A stretch of DNA of 64,000 nt. It comes from a virus. Position 1 is the first letter of the stretch; each line of letters begins with the position of its first letter. A program made the position numbers and the translations under genes. Shown piece after piece: positions 34,301 to 43,686 of the stretch. The notes under the pieces are model-generated. The model worked only from the letters and a program-made list of their open reading frames with translations. It was not told the origin of the DNA and made no database searches. The stretch covers positions 32,001-96,000 of the IMG/VR virus record IMGVR_UViG_3300045988_106519, one strand, 5' to 3'.

Positions 34301-35026
34301 ATGACAATAGATGAGTTTTCAAACAGCTTTGACACACTGCTTAACAGTTATGCTCTTACTCCTAACTTTGGTGAAGAGACATCTAAGCAAACAATAACTC
34401 TTGATGAATATGAGAAGTCAGTGCTTTTGACAAAGGCACAAGAGGAAATAGTTCTTAGCTTGTATAATGGTAAGAATCCTTATGGAGAAGCTTTTGAGGG
34501 AACAGAAGAACTAAGAAGGTATTTATCAAATTTGATAACAGAGAAATATCTTAAACCAATAACAAATACCTCTGGTACACCTCTTGGTCTTGAGAGTAAG
34601 TCAAAATTCTTCACTCTTCCTGAAGACTTATGGTTCATAACATTAGAGTCAGTGGTTGTTGACAATGGTAAATGTAATGATAACACAATAATAAAGGTAT
34701 ATCCAGTCAAGCAGGATGAGTATCAAGTAATTAGAGATAATCCTTTTAGAGGAGCTAATGATAGAAGAGCATTGAGGCTTGACTTGTCAGAAGGTAATGT
34801 AGAGATAATCTGCAAGTACTTAGTATCAGTCTACTACATTAGATATATCAAGAAAGTACCTCCAATAGTTCTTATTGACTTACCAGATGGTTTGTCAGTA
34901 GAAGGAGAAGCAGAAGCAAAAGACTGTATCTTGCATAAAGCTTTGCATCAAAGAATACTTGATAGAGCAGTACAGCTTGCATTGCAAAGTAGAGGATATG
35001 GAATTAATAAGAGCAATAATAGTTAA
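34301..35026 (+). CDS. head-tail adaptor/connector-like protein, paralog of 33357..34283
   Basis: See 33357..34283. Confidence 0.55.
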   Translation: MTIDEFSNSFDTLLNSYALTPNFGEETSKQTITLDEYEKSVLLTKAQEEIVLSLYNGKNPYGEAFEGTEELRRYLSNLITEKYLKPITNTSGTPLGLESKSKFFTLPEDLWFITLESVVVDNGKCNDNTIIKVYPVKQDEYQVIRDNPFRGANDRRALRLDLSEGNVEIICKYLVSVYYIRYIKKVPPIVLIDLPDGLSVEGEAEAKDCILHKALHQRILDRAVQLALQSRGYGINKSNNS

Positions 35027-35068
35027 GGTCTACAATGTAGACAATGTTTAATTTAATACTTAATAAAA

Positions 35069-36058
35069 ATGAGTGTATTTAGTACAAACCAGGTAAGGCA
35101 CCTGTATGTAGCAACAAAGTCAGTGGCATCAGATGCTACATTGGCAAATAAGGGAGAGTTCAAGGTGAAGACCTGTGGTGACATTGAGAAGGAGGTTTAC
35201 TTTGAGGTACTTGGTCCAGATACAGTATTGAAGAGTGATAGGATTCCAGTGAAGAACATTAACTATGTTAAGGTTATCAAGGCAGCAGCTATGGCAACAC
35301 CTATGAAGAAGGTGAAGGTAGTTTTGGACTCAACAGTTAACAGTGGTAATCCTATTGCAGGTCAGGATTATATTCTCCGCATTAATCTTCGTCAGTTCTA
35401 TGGAATGAGTGATCAGGACCAGTACTTCAAGGATGCAGCAGTACATGCAGTAAAGGGCATGACAGCAACAGCCTTCTATCAAGCAATGGCAAAGTCACTT
35501 AATCTAAGTTTCTCACGTGAGGTAGGAGCAAATGCAACAAGTAATCCATATCTCAAGTTTACAGCAAGTGCAGCTGGTCTTGTAATTGAGGAGCTTCCTC
35601 AGTCATGGCATCTTGGTACAGAAGCACAGGAAAGGGTATACTTTGATGTAGTACCAACTACAGTGTATGATGGAGTAGATGATTTGATATGGGGAACTGT
35701 AACAACAGAAGCTTCAACCACATTGGTTGGCAATGGTAAGAAGATGGCAGATCTTGAATACTTCCTTCTTGGGGAGCGTGGAGATCAATATAGGAAGATA
35801 GGCTGGCCTAATGATATTGAGACAGTAGGCATGATAGACCCAAGCAAGGACTATGATGTAATTGAGATTCATTATGCCTTTACAGATACAGGTGTCAATA
35901 GCTATAGGACAGAGAAGGACATGACCATTGCAGTACCATCAGAGGGAGGAGAAACCTTTACTGAGATTAATAAGATTATCACTGCATTCAATACTGCTAC
36001 TGGTCTTACAATTAGTCCACTTGTAAAGGAAAGTGTTGTAAGTGCCAAAAACATATAA
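35069..36058 (+). CDS. abundant virion protein candidate (alternative major capsid protein or decoration/head-fibre protein)
   Basis: 329 aa. Immediately followed by the strongest terminator in the module, the arrangement seen after major capsid genes in T7-like phages. Confidence 0.45.
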   Translation: MSVFSTNQVRHLYVATKSVASDATLANKGEFKVKTCGDIEKEVYFEVLGPDTVLKSDRIPVKNINYVKVIKAAAMATPMKKVKVVLDSTVNSGNPIAGQDYILRINLRQFYGMSDQDQYFKDAAVHAVKGMTATAFYQAMAKSLNLSFSREVGANATSNPYLKFTASAAGLVIEELPQSWHLGTEAQERVYFDVVPTTVYDGVDDLIWGTVTTEASTTLVGNGKKMADLEYFLLGERGDQYRKIGWPNDIETVGMIDPSKDYDVIEIHYAFTDTGVNSYRTEKDMTIAVPSEGGETFTEINKIITAFNTATGLTISPLVKESVVSAKNI

Positions 36059-36091
36059 TGTAGTAGTCTTTGTTTCATAAATTATATGATG

Positions 36092-36128
36092 GAGGGATTG
36101 GGGAATGTATCCCTGATCCCTCTTTTTT
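36092..36128 (+). terminator. strong rho-independent terminator
   Basis: GAGGGAT ... ATCCCTC with an inner GGGA/TCCC helix, followed by TTTTTT. Confidence 0.75.
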
Positions 36129-36151
36129 ATTTTACTTAAAGAAAGGAAGAT

Positions 36152-36766
36152 ATGATAATTTTCGATCAGCTAAGAGTCTCAGATGATGGAAAGAGACTGT
36201 ATATCAATGCACATGTGAATAAGGCAGATTATTTTGCTAATGTGTATATAGACTCTATAGTGATAATGACAGCAGATAAAGTGTCAGAGACAGCACCAGG
36301 AACTCCAACCTCAGACTATGTGTATATAAAAAAGGCAGAAGACAATGCCAAGGAGTTGAACCTTGTATTGGAAGCATCAGATTTGTCAAGGTCATGGGAA
36401 GCAGACCCAAAAGCAATAGCCTTTGGTAGAGCAGATATGAGTAACACATTGTTCTTTGTATACATAAAATGTAAGGGAACACCAGAAGCTTGCACACCAT
36501 GCAGACTTGATGAAAAGACGACTCTTGGAGTAGTGTTTGATGAGAATATTCTTTATCAGAGAGTAATGGATTACACTAAAGAACTGATTGCAGACTGTAG
36601 TGTACCAACAGAATTTACAGATTTCATATTATTGTGGAATGCTTTTAAGGCAGCTATAGAGACAGAGCATTATATAGCAGCCATTAAGTTTTATAACAAA
36701 CTATTTGGTGTTGTAAGAAGCGGTTGCAGCAATAATATAATAAAAACTTGTGGATGTAATGGATGA
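36152..36766 (+). CDS. virion-module hypothetical protein
   Basis: ORF track. Confidence 0.6.
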   Translation: MIIFDQLRVSDDGKRLYINAHVNKADYFANVYIDSIVIMTADKVSETAPGTPTSDYVYIKKAEDNAKELNLVLEASDLSRSWEADPKAIAFGRADMSNTLFFVYIKCKGTPEACTPCRLDEKTTLGVVFDENILYQRVMDYTKELIADCSVPTEFTDFILLWNAFKAAIETEHYIAAIKFYNKLFGVVRSGCSNNIIKTCGCNG

Positions 36767-37127
36767 AATATTGTTTGAAGCATTGTCTAAATATTTTCAT
36801 GCCTTAGAGTTAAGAGGATATATGTCAAAGAGTCACAGTATAAAACTGTTAGTATTAAGTTTCTATAGAGACTTTGTATTCCATGACTATCGAGGTATGT
36901 TGAGTGAGAAAGAGTATTGTTTTATAGAGAAAGCTTTAGATTGTATCTATGGAACAAGTTGTTTAATACCTTATCCAGATTATTTGAAAATGGGAAAACT
37001 ACATTTAGGAGAAATGACAGAAATGGCTCAGAGGTTGAAGACTCTTGAGAATACAGAAGTTGTAAAGGTGATACATGAGGCTGAAGCAGACACTCAGTCA
37101 GATGTTATGGTTGTAATGGAAGAGTAA
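36750..37127 (+). CDS. virion-module hypothetical protein
   Basis: ORF track; 17-nt overlap upstream. Confidence 0.6.
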   Translation: MDVMDEILFEALSKYFHALELRGYMSKSHSIKLLVLSFYRDFVFHDYRGMLSEKEYCFIEKALDCIYGTSCLIPYPDYLKMGKLHLGEMTEMAQRLKTLENTEVVKVIHEAEADTQSDVMVVMEE

Positions 37128-37166
37128 AAAAAGTAAAAAAGTAAAAGAGTAAAAAAGTAAAAAATA
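37124..37166. repeat. tandem GTAAAA(A/G)A octamer repeat, about 5 units
   Basis: GTAAAAAAA GTAAAAAA GTAAAAGA GTAAAAAA GTAAAAAA, starting inside the stop codon of the upstream gene. Confidence 0.8.
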
Positions 37167-37168
37167 AG

Positions 37169-37260
37169 GAGTTAAGAAGTTAAAGGAGTTAAGCCAAATG
37201 CTTTTTCTTTAGAGTAGAGCAGGAGGGTATACTATAAATCAAACAAAAACTTCTTAACTC
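37169..37260 (+). repeat. perfect 13-bp inverted repeat GAGTTAAGAAGTT/AACTTCTTAACTC around a 66-nt loop, followed by TTTTTG
   Basis: Read directly from the sequence. Also a direct repeat AGGAGTTAAG (two copies) and TTTCTTTAGAG/TTTGCTTTAGAG. Confidence 0.7.
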
Positions 37261-37340
37261 TTTTTGCTTTAGAGCTATACTATTTTTAGTATAAAAAGAC
37301 AATAAAATCTTGGAACTTTTAGCTTAAAACAAAAAGAGAT

Positions 37341-38042
37341 ATGTTAGTAAAGGAAATTGTATATATGGTGCTGGACTTGGCAAAGGCAAATACTTCAGAT
37401 GATTCATTCTTCAATGAAGACCATGTGCTATTTCTACTAAAGAAATACAGGAGTTTTCTGATAAAAAAGGAGCAGGAGAAATTGAAGACAACTACTGACA
37501 TAGCATCAGAGTTTGAGTATCAGCAGATATGCCTTGCCTTGGAGAAAGTACCAGCAATAGATGGAAGTCCATGTACTGGAGGATATTATCTTAGAACAGT
37601 GAAAAAGATACCAAAGCTACTTGAAGGTAATATGCCAAGAGTATATCCTATAGATTTCTATCAGGGTATAAATATTACTTATGTGCCAAGAGACAAGATG
37701 AGATATATAGGCACAAACAAGTTCTTGAGAAACATAATATATGTGTCATTGGGAACAGACTTGCATCTGTATCTTAAAAGTATAAATTCACAATTTCTGT
37801 ATCTTGAGAAAATAAGTATGAGTGCTATATTTGAGGACTTTGATGAGATAGAGAAATATAAATGTGAAGGAGATACTACAGTATGCGATGTAATGGAGAG
37901 GGAGTTTCCAATAAGAGAATATCTGGTACCTACCTTGACAGAGCTTGTAGTAAAAGAACTTGTAGGAAGCATGTATAAGCCTGTAGATCAAGTTAATAAT
38001 GCAAGTGATGATATGTCAAAGGTAGCAACAAAACAGAGTTAG
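37341..38042 (+). CDS. virion-module hypothetical protein
   Basis: ORF track. Confidence 0.6.
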   Translation: MLVKEIVYMVLDLAKANTSDDSFFNEDHVLFLLKKYRSFLIKKEQEKLKTTTDIASEFEYQQICLALEKVPAIDGSPCTGGYYLRTVKKIPKLLEGNMPRVYPIDFYQGINITYVPRDKMRYIGTNKFLRNIIYVSLGTDLHLYLKSINSQFLYLEKISMSAIFEDFDEIEKYKCEGDTTVCDVMEREFPIREYLVPTLTELVVKELVGSMYKPVDQVNNASDDMSKVATKQS

Positions 38043-38044
38043 AA

Positions 38045-38572
38045 ATGGATTATAAGGAGTTTAGAACCAAGCTTATGAAGGCAGATGCTCCAAAGAAAAC
38101 AAAAGTAAGAAATTCATGGGGAGTATATGATGCTTATAAGCAGATAAGAAAGAAAGGTTGGTATGATATAGGCAGACCTTTGAAAGAGCATGAGTTCTAC
38201 AGTATTGTTAGAGGTATAAATGACTTATTAGCAGAAGAGATAGTCAAGGGAAATACAATAAAGTTTCCACATAATATGGGGGAACTTGAATTGAGAAAAT
38301 ACAAGCCAGAGGTAAAAATAGTAGATGGAAAGTTAAAGATAGGTTATCCTATAAATTGGGACAAAACAATAAAACTTTGGTATAAGGATGAAGAAGCAAG
38401 GAAAAACAAAACTCTTCTTAGATATGAGCCAAAGTACATATATCACATAAAATACAATAGACATCATGCTATGTATGAGAACCAAGTTTTCTATGAATTT
38501 GATGTAAACAGATTTATAAAACGATCATTAGTAAAGAGTATTAATAACGGTAAAACAGATACATTATGGTAA
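38045..38572 (+). CDS. IHF/HU-like protein of the structural module
   Basis: EFYSIVRGINDLLAEEIVKGNTIKFPHNMGELELRK resembles the HU/IHF helix plus beta-arm pattern. crAss-like structural modules are known to encode IHF-like genes. Confidence 0.45.
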   Translation: MDYKEFRTKLMKADAPKKTKVRNSWGVYDAYKQIRKKGWYDIGRPLKEHEFYSIVRGINDLLAEEIVKGNTIKFPHNMGELELRKYKPEVKIVDGKLKIGYPINWDKTIKLWYKDEEARKNKTLLRYEPKYIYHIKYNRHHAMYENQVFYEFDVNRFIKRSLVKSINNGKTDTLW

Positions 38573-39327
38573 CAGAGATACAATATACAAATATAAGGAG
38601 AGTGCTTGATGACTTAGTAGAGCACCCATTATTGAGAAACTTAACTCTTGAGCAAGTGGTAAGGCATACTCTTAGGTTTATATCTCTGCATGGTTATCCA
38701 AGGCTATACCAAGATAAGATTGCTGAAATAGAGATAAAAGACTTTAGAGGACTATTGCCTTGTGACCTTATATCAATAATACAAGTTAAGGGTCTTGATA
38801 CAGGGATTTGTCTGAGAGCAATGACAGATACCTTTGCTAAGGGATTGAGGTCAAAGCCAAGAGAAGTAAATGCACATAAGGACTTGTTGAATAATATTCA
38901 GAATGAGTATATACCACCAAGGAATGAACATACGGAAGAACTATCATTCAAGACACAAGGTAGAGTAATATTCACATCATTTCCAGTAGGAAGAGTAGAA
39001 GTGGCATATAAGGCAATACCAGTAGATGAAGATGGTTTTCCGTTGTTGATAGACAATGAGACATATCTCAATGCACTGGAGGCATATATTAAGGTAAAGG
39101 TATTCACTGTAAGGTTTGATACAAACAATATGTCAGCAGGAGTATTAAGTAATGCACAGACAGAATATGCTTGGGCAGCACATCTATTGCAGAGTGAGAT
39201 GACAACACCATCAGTGTCAGAGATGGAAAGTATCACAAGGTATCTTAATACATTGATAAAGCCAGTGACACATTTTGATAATGGATTTAAGAACTTAGGA
39301 GATAGAGAATATAGGAGGAGATATTAA
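38566..39327 (+). CDS. tail adaptor/gatekeeper candidate (assigned from position only)
   Basis: Directly precedes the giant nozzle-like gene, abutting it with a 1-nt gap. Confidence 0.4.
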   Translation: MVTEIQYTNIRRVLDDLVEHPLLRNLTLEQVVRHTLRFISLHGYPRLYQDKIAEIEIKDFRGLLPCDLISIIQVKGLDTGICLRAMTDTFAKGLRSKPREVNAHKDLLNNIQNEYIPPRNEHTEELSFKTQGRVIFTSFPVGRVEVAYKAIPVDEDGFPLLIDNETYLNALEAYIKVKVFTVRFDTNNMSAGVLSNAQTEYAWAAHLLQSEMTTPSVSEMESITRYLNTLIKPVTHFDNGFKNLGDREYRRRY

Positions 39328-39328
39328 T

Positions 39329-42300
39329 ATGACAAAGAAATATATCAATTGGAAAACAAAAGGCATGAACAAAGATATGTCAGTTTCTGCCTTTAATCCA
39401 GAGTTTGCTTTTGAGAATCTTAATATAAGACTTGCTACCAATGAAGGTAACACAATGATGTCTTGGGTAAATGAAAGAGGACCAAAGAAACTGAGACTTC
39501 GTGTAGACACTATGCCTTGGGCTACAGAGAATATTGATGGTAGGTATGATAGTAATGTTGATGAAGAAACTAAAGAGATAACTGATACAACTGTTATCAG
39601 AGGAATACCTATAGGTACAGCTGTGCTTAATCATAAGTTAGTGTTGTTTACTGCCAGTGATTATATCTATCTATTTGAGAAATCAGATGATAAGGATTAT
39701 GACCTTAAAGGCAAGATTCTTTATTTTGGTTCATTAGGATTTAGTCCTAATTATCCTATAGAGACAGTAGTATCTTATGAGTCAGAAAATATTCAGAAAG
39801 TGTATTGGACAGATGGACTGAATCAACCAAGAGTAATCAATATAGCTCCTTCAATGGATTATAAGACAAATAAGTACATTAGTTCCTCTTTTGACTTTGT
39901 ACCAGAGTTAGCTTTAAAAGAAACTGTGTCTGTTAGTAAGATGTATGGTGCAGGAGAGTTTCCTCCTGGAGTAATACAGTATGCTTTTACCTACTATAAT
40001 AAATATGGTCAGGAAAGCAATATATTCTATACAACACATTTACAGTATATCTCTTATACCAATAGAGCAGGAAGTCCAGAAGAGAAGATAGCAAATTGTT
40101 TTAAGATACAGGTAAACAATATAGACAAGAACTTTGATTATATGAGGATTTACTCAATTCTCAGAACATCAAAGGATGACACACCATTAGTTAAGAGAAT
40201 ACAGGATTTAGAGATAAAAGAGACTACTGAATCCCTGACCTATATAGATAATGGAACAAGTGGGGAGACTGTAGACCCTACAGAGCTTTTGTATAAAGGC
40301 GGAGAAGAGATAGCAGCCAAGACAGTAGAGCAGAAAGATGAGACACTGTTTTTAGGAAATATAGTAGTAACAAGACCTTCTATTATTAATATAAAGAATA
40401 TATTATTGAAGGAAAATGAAGTTACTAAAGAAGAACCTTTAATAAAAGATGAGTTAAATAAGGTTACAGCAATAGCAAAGCCAAGGAACTTTAGATTAGC
40501 TTCTAAATCTCCTTTCACTTACTATAATACTCTTGATACTAAAGGTGATTATCAAGGAGCCTCTTGTTTTAAATCCAGGGAATATTATAGACTTGGAATA
40601 CAGTTTCAGTATAAGAATGGAAAGTGGTCAGAGCCTTGTTGGATAGGAGACAAGCAATGTAATGCAATACCTTTAGAAGATACTGAGAAAGGAATTATAA
40701 AAGTTCCAGAGTTTGAGTATAAGATAAGAGATGTAGGGGACACTTATTCAAATAGTATATTTGAGAGTTTATATGAACAAGGTTATAGAAAGGTAAGACC
40801 AGTATTTGCAATACCAAGAACACAGGATAGAACCATTCTATGTCAAGGAATAGGATGCCCTACAATGTATAGAACAGTAGATAGGAAGAATAATTTGCAT
40901 GCTATTGCATCATGGTTGTTTAGAACAGGATATTTTACAAATGATGCTGGTTCTGATTGGAACATACCAAATAGTAAATTCACTGAAAAGGATGGATATA
41001 CAGGAGGAGGTTATGTAGATATAAATGGAAATCTTGTATCACAGTATAAGGAACCATTTATTGTTTTTCCCTCAAATATTCAAGGATTCAGTTCTATATT
41101 AGTATCTCCATATCTATCAAGTACAGAAGTTATGGGCACATTTAGTGACGATGATTCTTATAAGATAGATATAGACTTTATAACTTTAAATTCTCCAGAT
41201 GTAGAATTTGATGACTTTATGGTTCATACAGACTTCAAGGGATATGATTTAAGTACTGTTGGGCGTGCTACCTTTGAGAAGACCTATGGAGATATAAGTA
41301 TTCAAACATCAACACCAACAATGGGTTCAGATGCAGCAGGATTCATTCATAGAAGTATTGTAGCTCCAGGATGTGGTGCTCTTATTTCAGGACTCTTTTA
41401 TAATGATTATGTAGTAGATGATTATGAAAATGTAAAATATAGTGCTTATAATACCAGTAGTCCTCCTATAGATTTTCCAATTTATATGTGGCATAAGAAT
41501 GGTTCTTTGAACAATGATGTAGCCAGAGATAACAGAAGTGCTCAACTTTTAAAAAAGAAAATAAGTAACTATAGATTTGGTTCCAATATTGAATATGCAG
41601 AAATAAAAAAAGCTCCGATATTAGGAGCCTCCGATATTCAATTATTCAATGCTGACTATCTATCTGTAGTGAAAGTTAATGGGCAGATATATCAAGGTAA
41701 TGTAGATACTATGGTAGTTCCAAGTGAACCTTCCCCATATTATTTAGTAGGAGATCCTTGGAGAAAAAATGTAGATACAACTTATAAATCAAGAAGTTAC
41801 TTCAGATTAACACTTAAAGATCCAAATGACACCAGTTCAGAAAATGGTATATGGGAATTATATAAGAAAGATAATACTTGGGATTGGTATAAAAGAAGAA
41901 AAGAAAACAATAATATAGGTGATAGGGTAAAAGGATTGGCTCAATGGAGAGATGGTGTAAGTATAAAATATAAGTCTACTCCACATTTGGTAGCAAGTAT
42001 TGGAACAGATGTTTATACTTGGGTAGGTACAGAGTCTTTAAGTATGGGACAAGCTCCTATAATTGAAGTTTTTAAGGCATATAACAAAGATGTGATATTT
42101 GGAGGAACATCAGATGAAGCATTGCAGGCAGCTACATGGATACCATGTGGACCACCTATTGCATTTGATGAAAACACTAAACAATGTACATTAGAGTTTA
42201 AATGGGGAGATACATATTTTCAGAGATATGAATGTCTGAAGACATATCCTTTTACTACAGAAGACAAAAATCAAGTAATAGAGATAGCATCCTTTATGGT

Positions 42301-43615
42301 AGAGACAAGAGTGAATATAGATGGAAGATATGATAGGAATAGAGGACAGTTAAGTAATTTGAATATGACCCCTCAGAACTTCAATCTTATAAATCCAGTA
42401 TATTCACAGATGGATAATTTCTTCTCATATAAGATAATGGATGAAGATAGCTATAAGAACACATCATTTCCAAATACAGTTACTTGGACTAAGACCAAGC
42501 AAAATGGAGCAGATGTAGATTTGTGGACAAACATCACTATGGCTAATACTTTGGAGATGGATGGAGACAAAGGAAAGATAAACAAGCTTACAAGGCTTAA
42601 TAATCAGTTGCTTTCATTCCAAGATAGTGGTATATCCCAGATACTGTATAATGAGAATACACAAATTTCTACTACAGAAGGAGTACCTATTGAGATAGCA
42701 AACTCACAGAAAGTACAAGGTAAGAGATACTATTCAGACACAGTAGGTTGTTCAAATAAGTGGTCTATGGTGCAGACACCTTTAGGCATATACTTTATGG
42801 ACAGCAATGAGAAGAGTATATATCTGTTTAATGGTCAGTTGAATAATTTGAGTACAGCAGGAGGCTTTAATGCTTGGGCTAAGCAGAATATTCCATCAGC
42901 AGAAGTAGAATGGACACCTAATATGTTTGATTCATTTGTAACTTACTATGACAAACTTAATCAAGATGTATTGTTTATCAATGGAAATATAGCATTGGCC
43001 TATTCAGAAAAGTTTAACTGCTTCACTTCATTCTATGATTATGGTAGAACGCCCTATTTTATTAATCTTGATGATATGGGAATATGGATGAAATCTTCAA
43101 ATTTATGGCAACATCAAGCAGGAGGATACTGTAACTTCTTTGATGTAACAAAACCCTTCTCAATGACATTAGTTGCTAATCAAGAGCCACAGATGGATAA
43201 GATGTTTACTAACTTGGAGTTTAGAGCTTGTGTAGAAGGGGAAGGGGTATATGATGAAATTAAGGATAAGTTTACTCCTATCTTACCCTTTGACACTATA
43301 GAAGTATGGAATGAGTATCAACATGGAAAGCTTAGTCTTAGTGATAGAAATGGTCATGACAGATTTACTCATGGAAACTTAGATGGTAATGCTTCATTAA
43401 ACAGAAAGTTCAGAATGTGGAGGTGTGATATTCCGAGGGACAATGTAGAGATAAACAAGATAAATGCTGCTACAGAGTCCTTGATGGGAATAAAGAGGTT
43501 TAAGGCAAGACCATTGGATAGAATAAGAAATCCTTGGGCATATATAAAGCTTACAAAAAATGAAGTCATAAGTAAGATAGAGGTACATGATATCATGGTA
43601 ACATACTTTGAATAA
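39329..43615 (+). CDS. 1428-aa tail hub/nozzle (muzzle)-like protein with a beta-propeller-like segment
   Basis: IQKVYWTDGLNQPRVINI is a YWTD-type propeller blade motif. Size and position parallel T7 gp12 and the crAss tail muzzle protein. Confidence 0.5.
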   Translation: MTKKYINWKTKGMNKDMSVSAFNPEFAFENLNIRLATNEGNTMMSWVNERGPKKLRLRVDTMPWATENIDGRYDSNVDEETKEITDTTVIRGIPIGTAVLNHKLVLFTASDYIYLFEKSDDKDYDLKGKILYFGSLGFSPNYPIETVVSYESENIQKVYWTDGLNQPRVINIAPSMDYKTNKYISSSFDFVPELALKETVSVSKMYGAGEFPPGVIQYAFTYYNKYGQESNIFYTTHLQYISYTNRAGSPEEKIANCFKIQVNNIDKNFDYMRIYSILRTSKDDTPLVKRIQDLEIKETTESLTYIDNGTSGETVDPTELLYKGGEEIAAKTVEQKDETLFLGNIVVTRPSIINIKNILLKENEVTKEEPLIKDELNKVTAIAKPRNFRLASKSPFTYYNTLDTKGDYQGASCFKSREYYRLGIQFQYKNGKWSEPCWIGDKQCNAIPLEDTEKGIIKVPEFEYKIRDVGDTYSNSIFESLYEQGYRKVRPVFAIPRTQDRTILCQGIGCPTMYRTVDRKNNLHAIASWLFRTGYFTNDAGSDWNIPNSKFTEKDGYTGGGYVDINGNLVSQYKEPFIVFPSNIQGFSSILVSPYLSSTEVMGTFSDDDSYKIDIDFITLNSPDVEFDDFMVHTDFKGYDLSTVGRATFEKTYGDISIQTSTPTMGSDAAGFIHRSIVAPGCGALISGLFYNDYVVDDYENVKYSAYNTSSPPIDFPIYMWHKNGSLNNDVARDNRSAQLLKKKISNYRFGSNIEYAEIKKAPILGASDIQLFNADYLSVVKVNGQIYQGNVDTMVVPSEPSPYYLVGDPWRKNVDTTYKSRSYFRLTLKDPNDTSSENGIWELYKKDNTWDWYKRRKENNNIGDRVKGLAQWRDGVSIKYKSTPHLVASIGTDVYTWVGTESLSMGQAPIIEVFKAYNKDVIFGGTSDEALQAATWIPCGPPIAFDENTKQCTLEFKWGDTYFQRYECLKTYPFTTEDKNQVIEIASFMVETRVNIDGRYDRNRGQLSNLNMTPQNFNLINPVYSQMDNFFSYKIMDEDSYKNTSFPNTVTWTKTKQNGADVDLWTNITMANTLEMDGDKGKINKLTRLNNQLLSFQDSGISQILYNENTQISTTEGVPIEIANSQKVQGKRYYSDTVGCSNKWSMVQTPLGIYFMDSNEKSIYLFNGQLNNLSTAGGFNAWAKQNIPSAEVEWTPNMFDSFVTYYDKLNQDVLFINGNIALAYSEKFNCFTSFYDYGRTPYFINLDDMGIWMKSSNLWQHQAGGYCNFFDVTKPFSMTLVANQEPQMDKMFTNLEFRACVEGEGVYDEIKDKFTPILPFDTIEVWNEYQHGKLSLSDRNGHDRFTHGNLDGNASLNRKFRMWRCDIPRDNVEINKINAATESLMGIKRFKARPLDRIRNPWAYIKLTKNEVISKIEVHDIMVTYFE

Positions 43616-43621
43616 TAAAAA

Positions 43622-43661
43622 GAAGGTAAGGAAGTCTTAATGATTTTCTTACCTCTTTTTA
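43622..43661 (+). terminator. rho-independent terminator (imperfect stem)
   Basis: GAAGGTAAGGAA ... TTCTTACCTC followed by TTTTT. Confidence 0.5.
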
Positions 43662-43686
43662 TTATAAGGATAAGAGAGGAGTTGTA

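Noticed and set aside
37124-37260. Possible CRISPR-like or minisatellite array.
   Set aside because: The units are only 8 nt with no spacers, and no cas genes are present. I recorded it as a simple tandem repeat plus inverted repeat.
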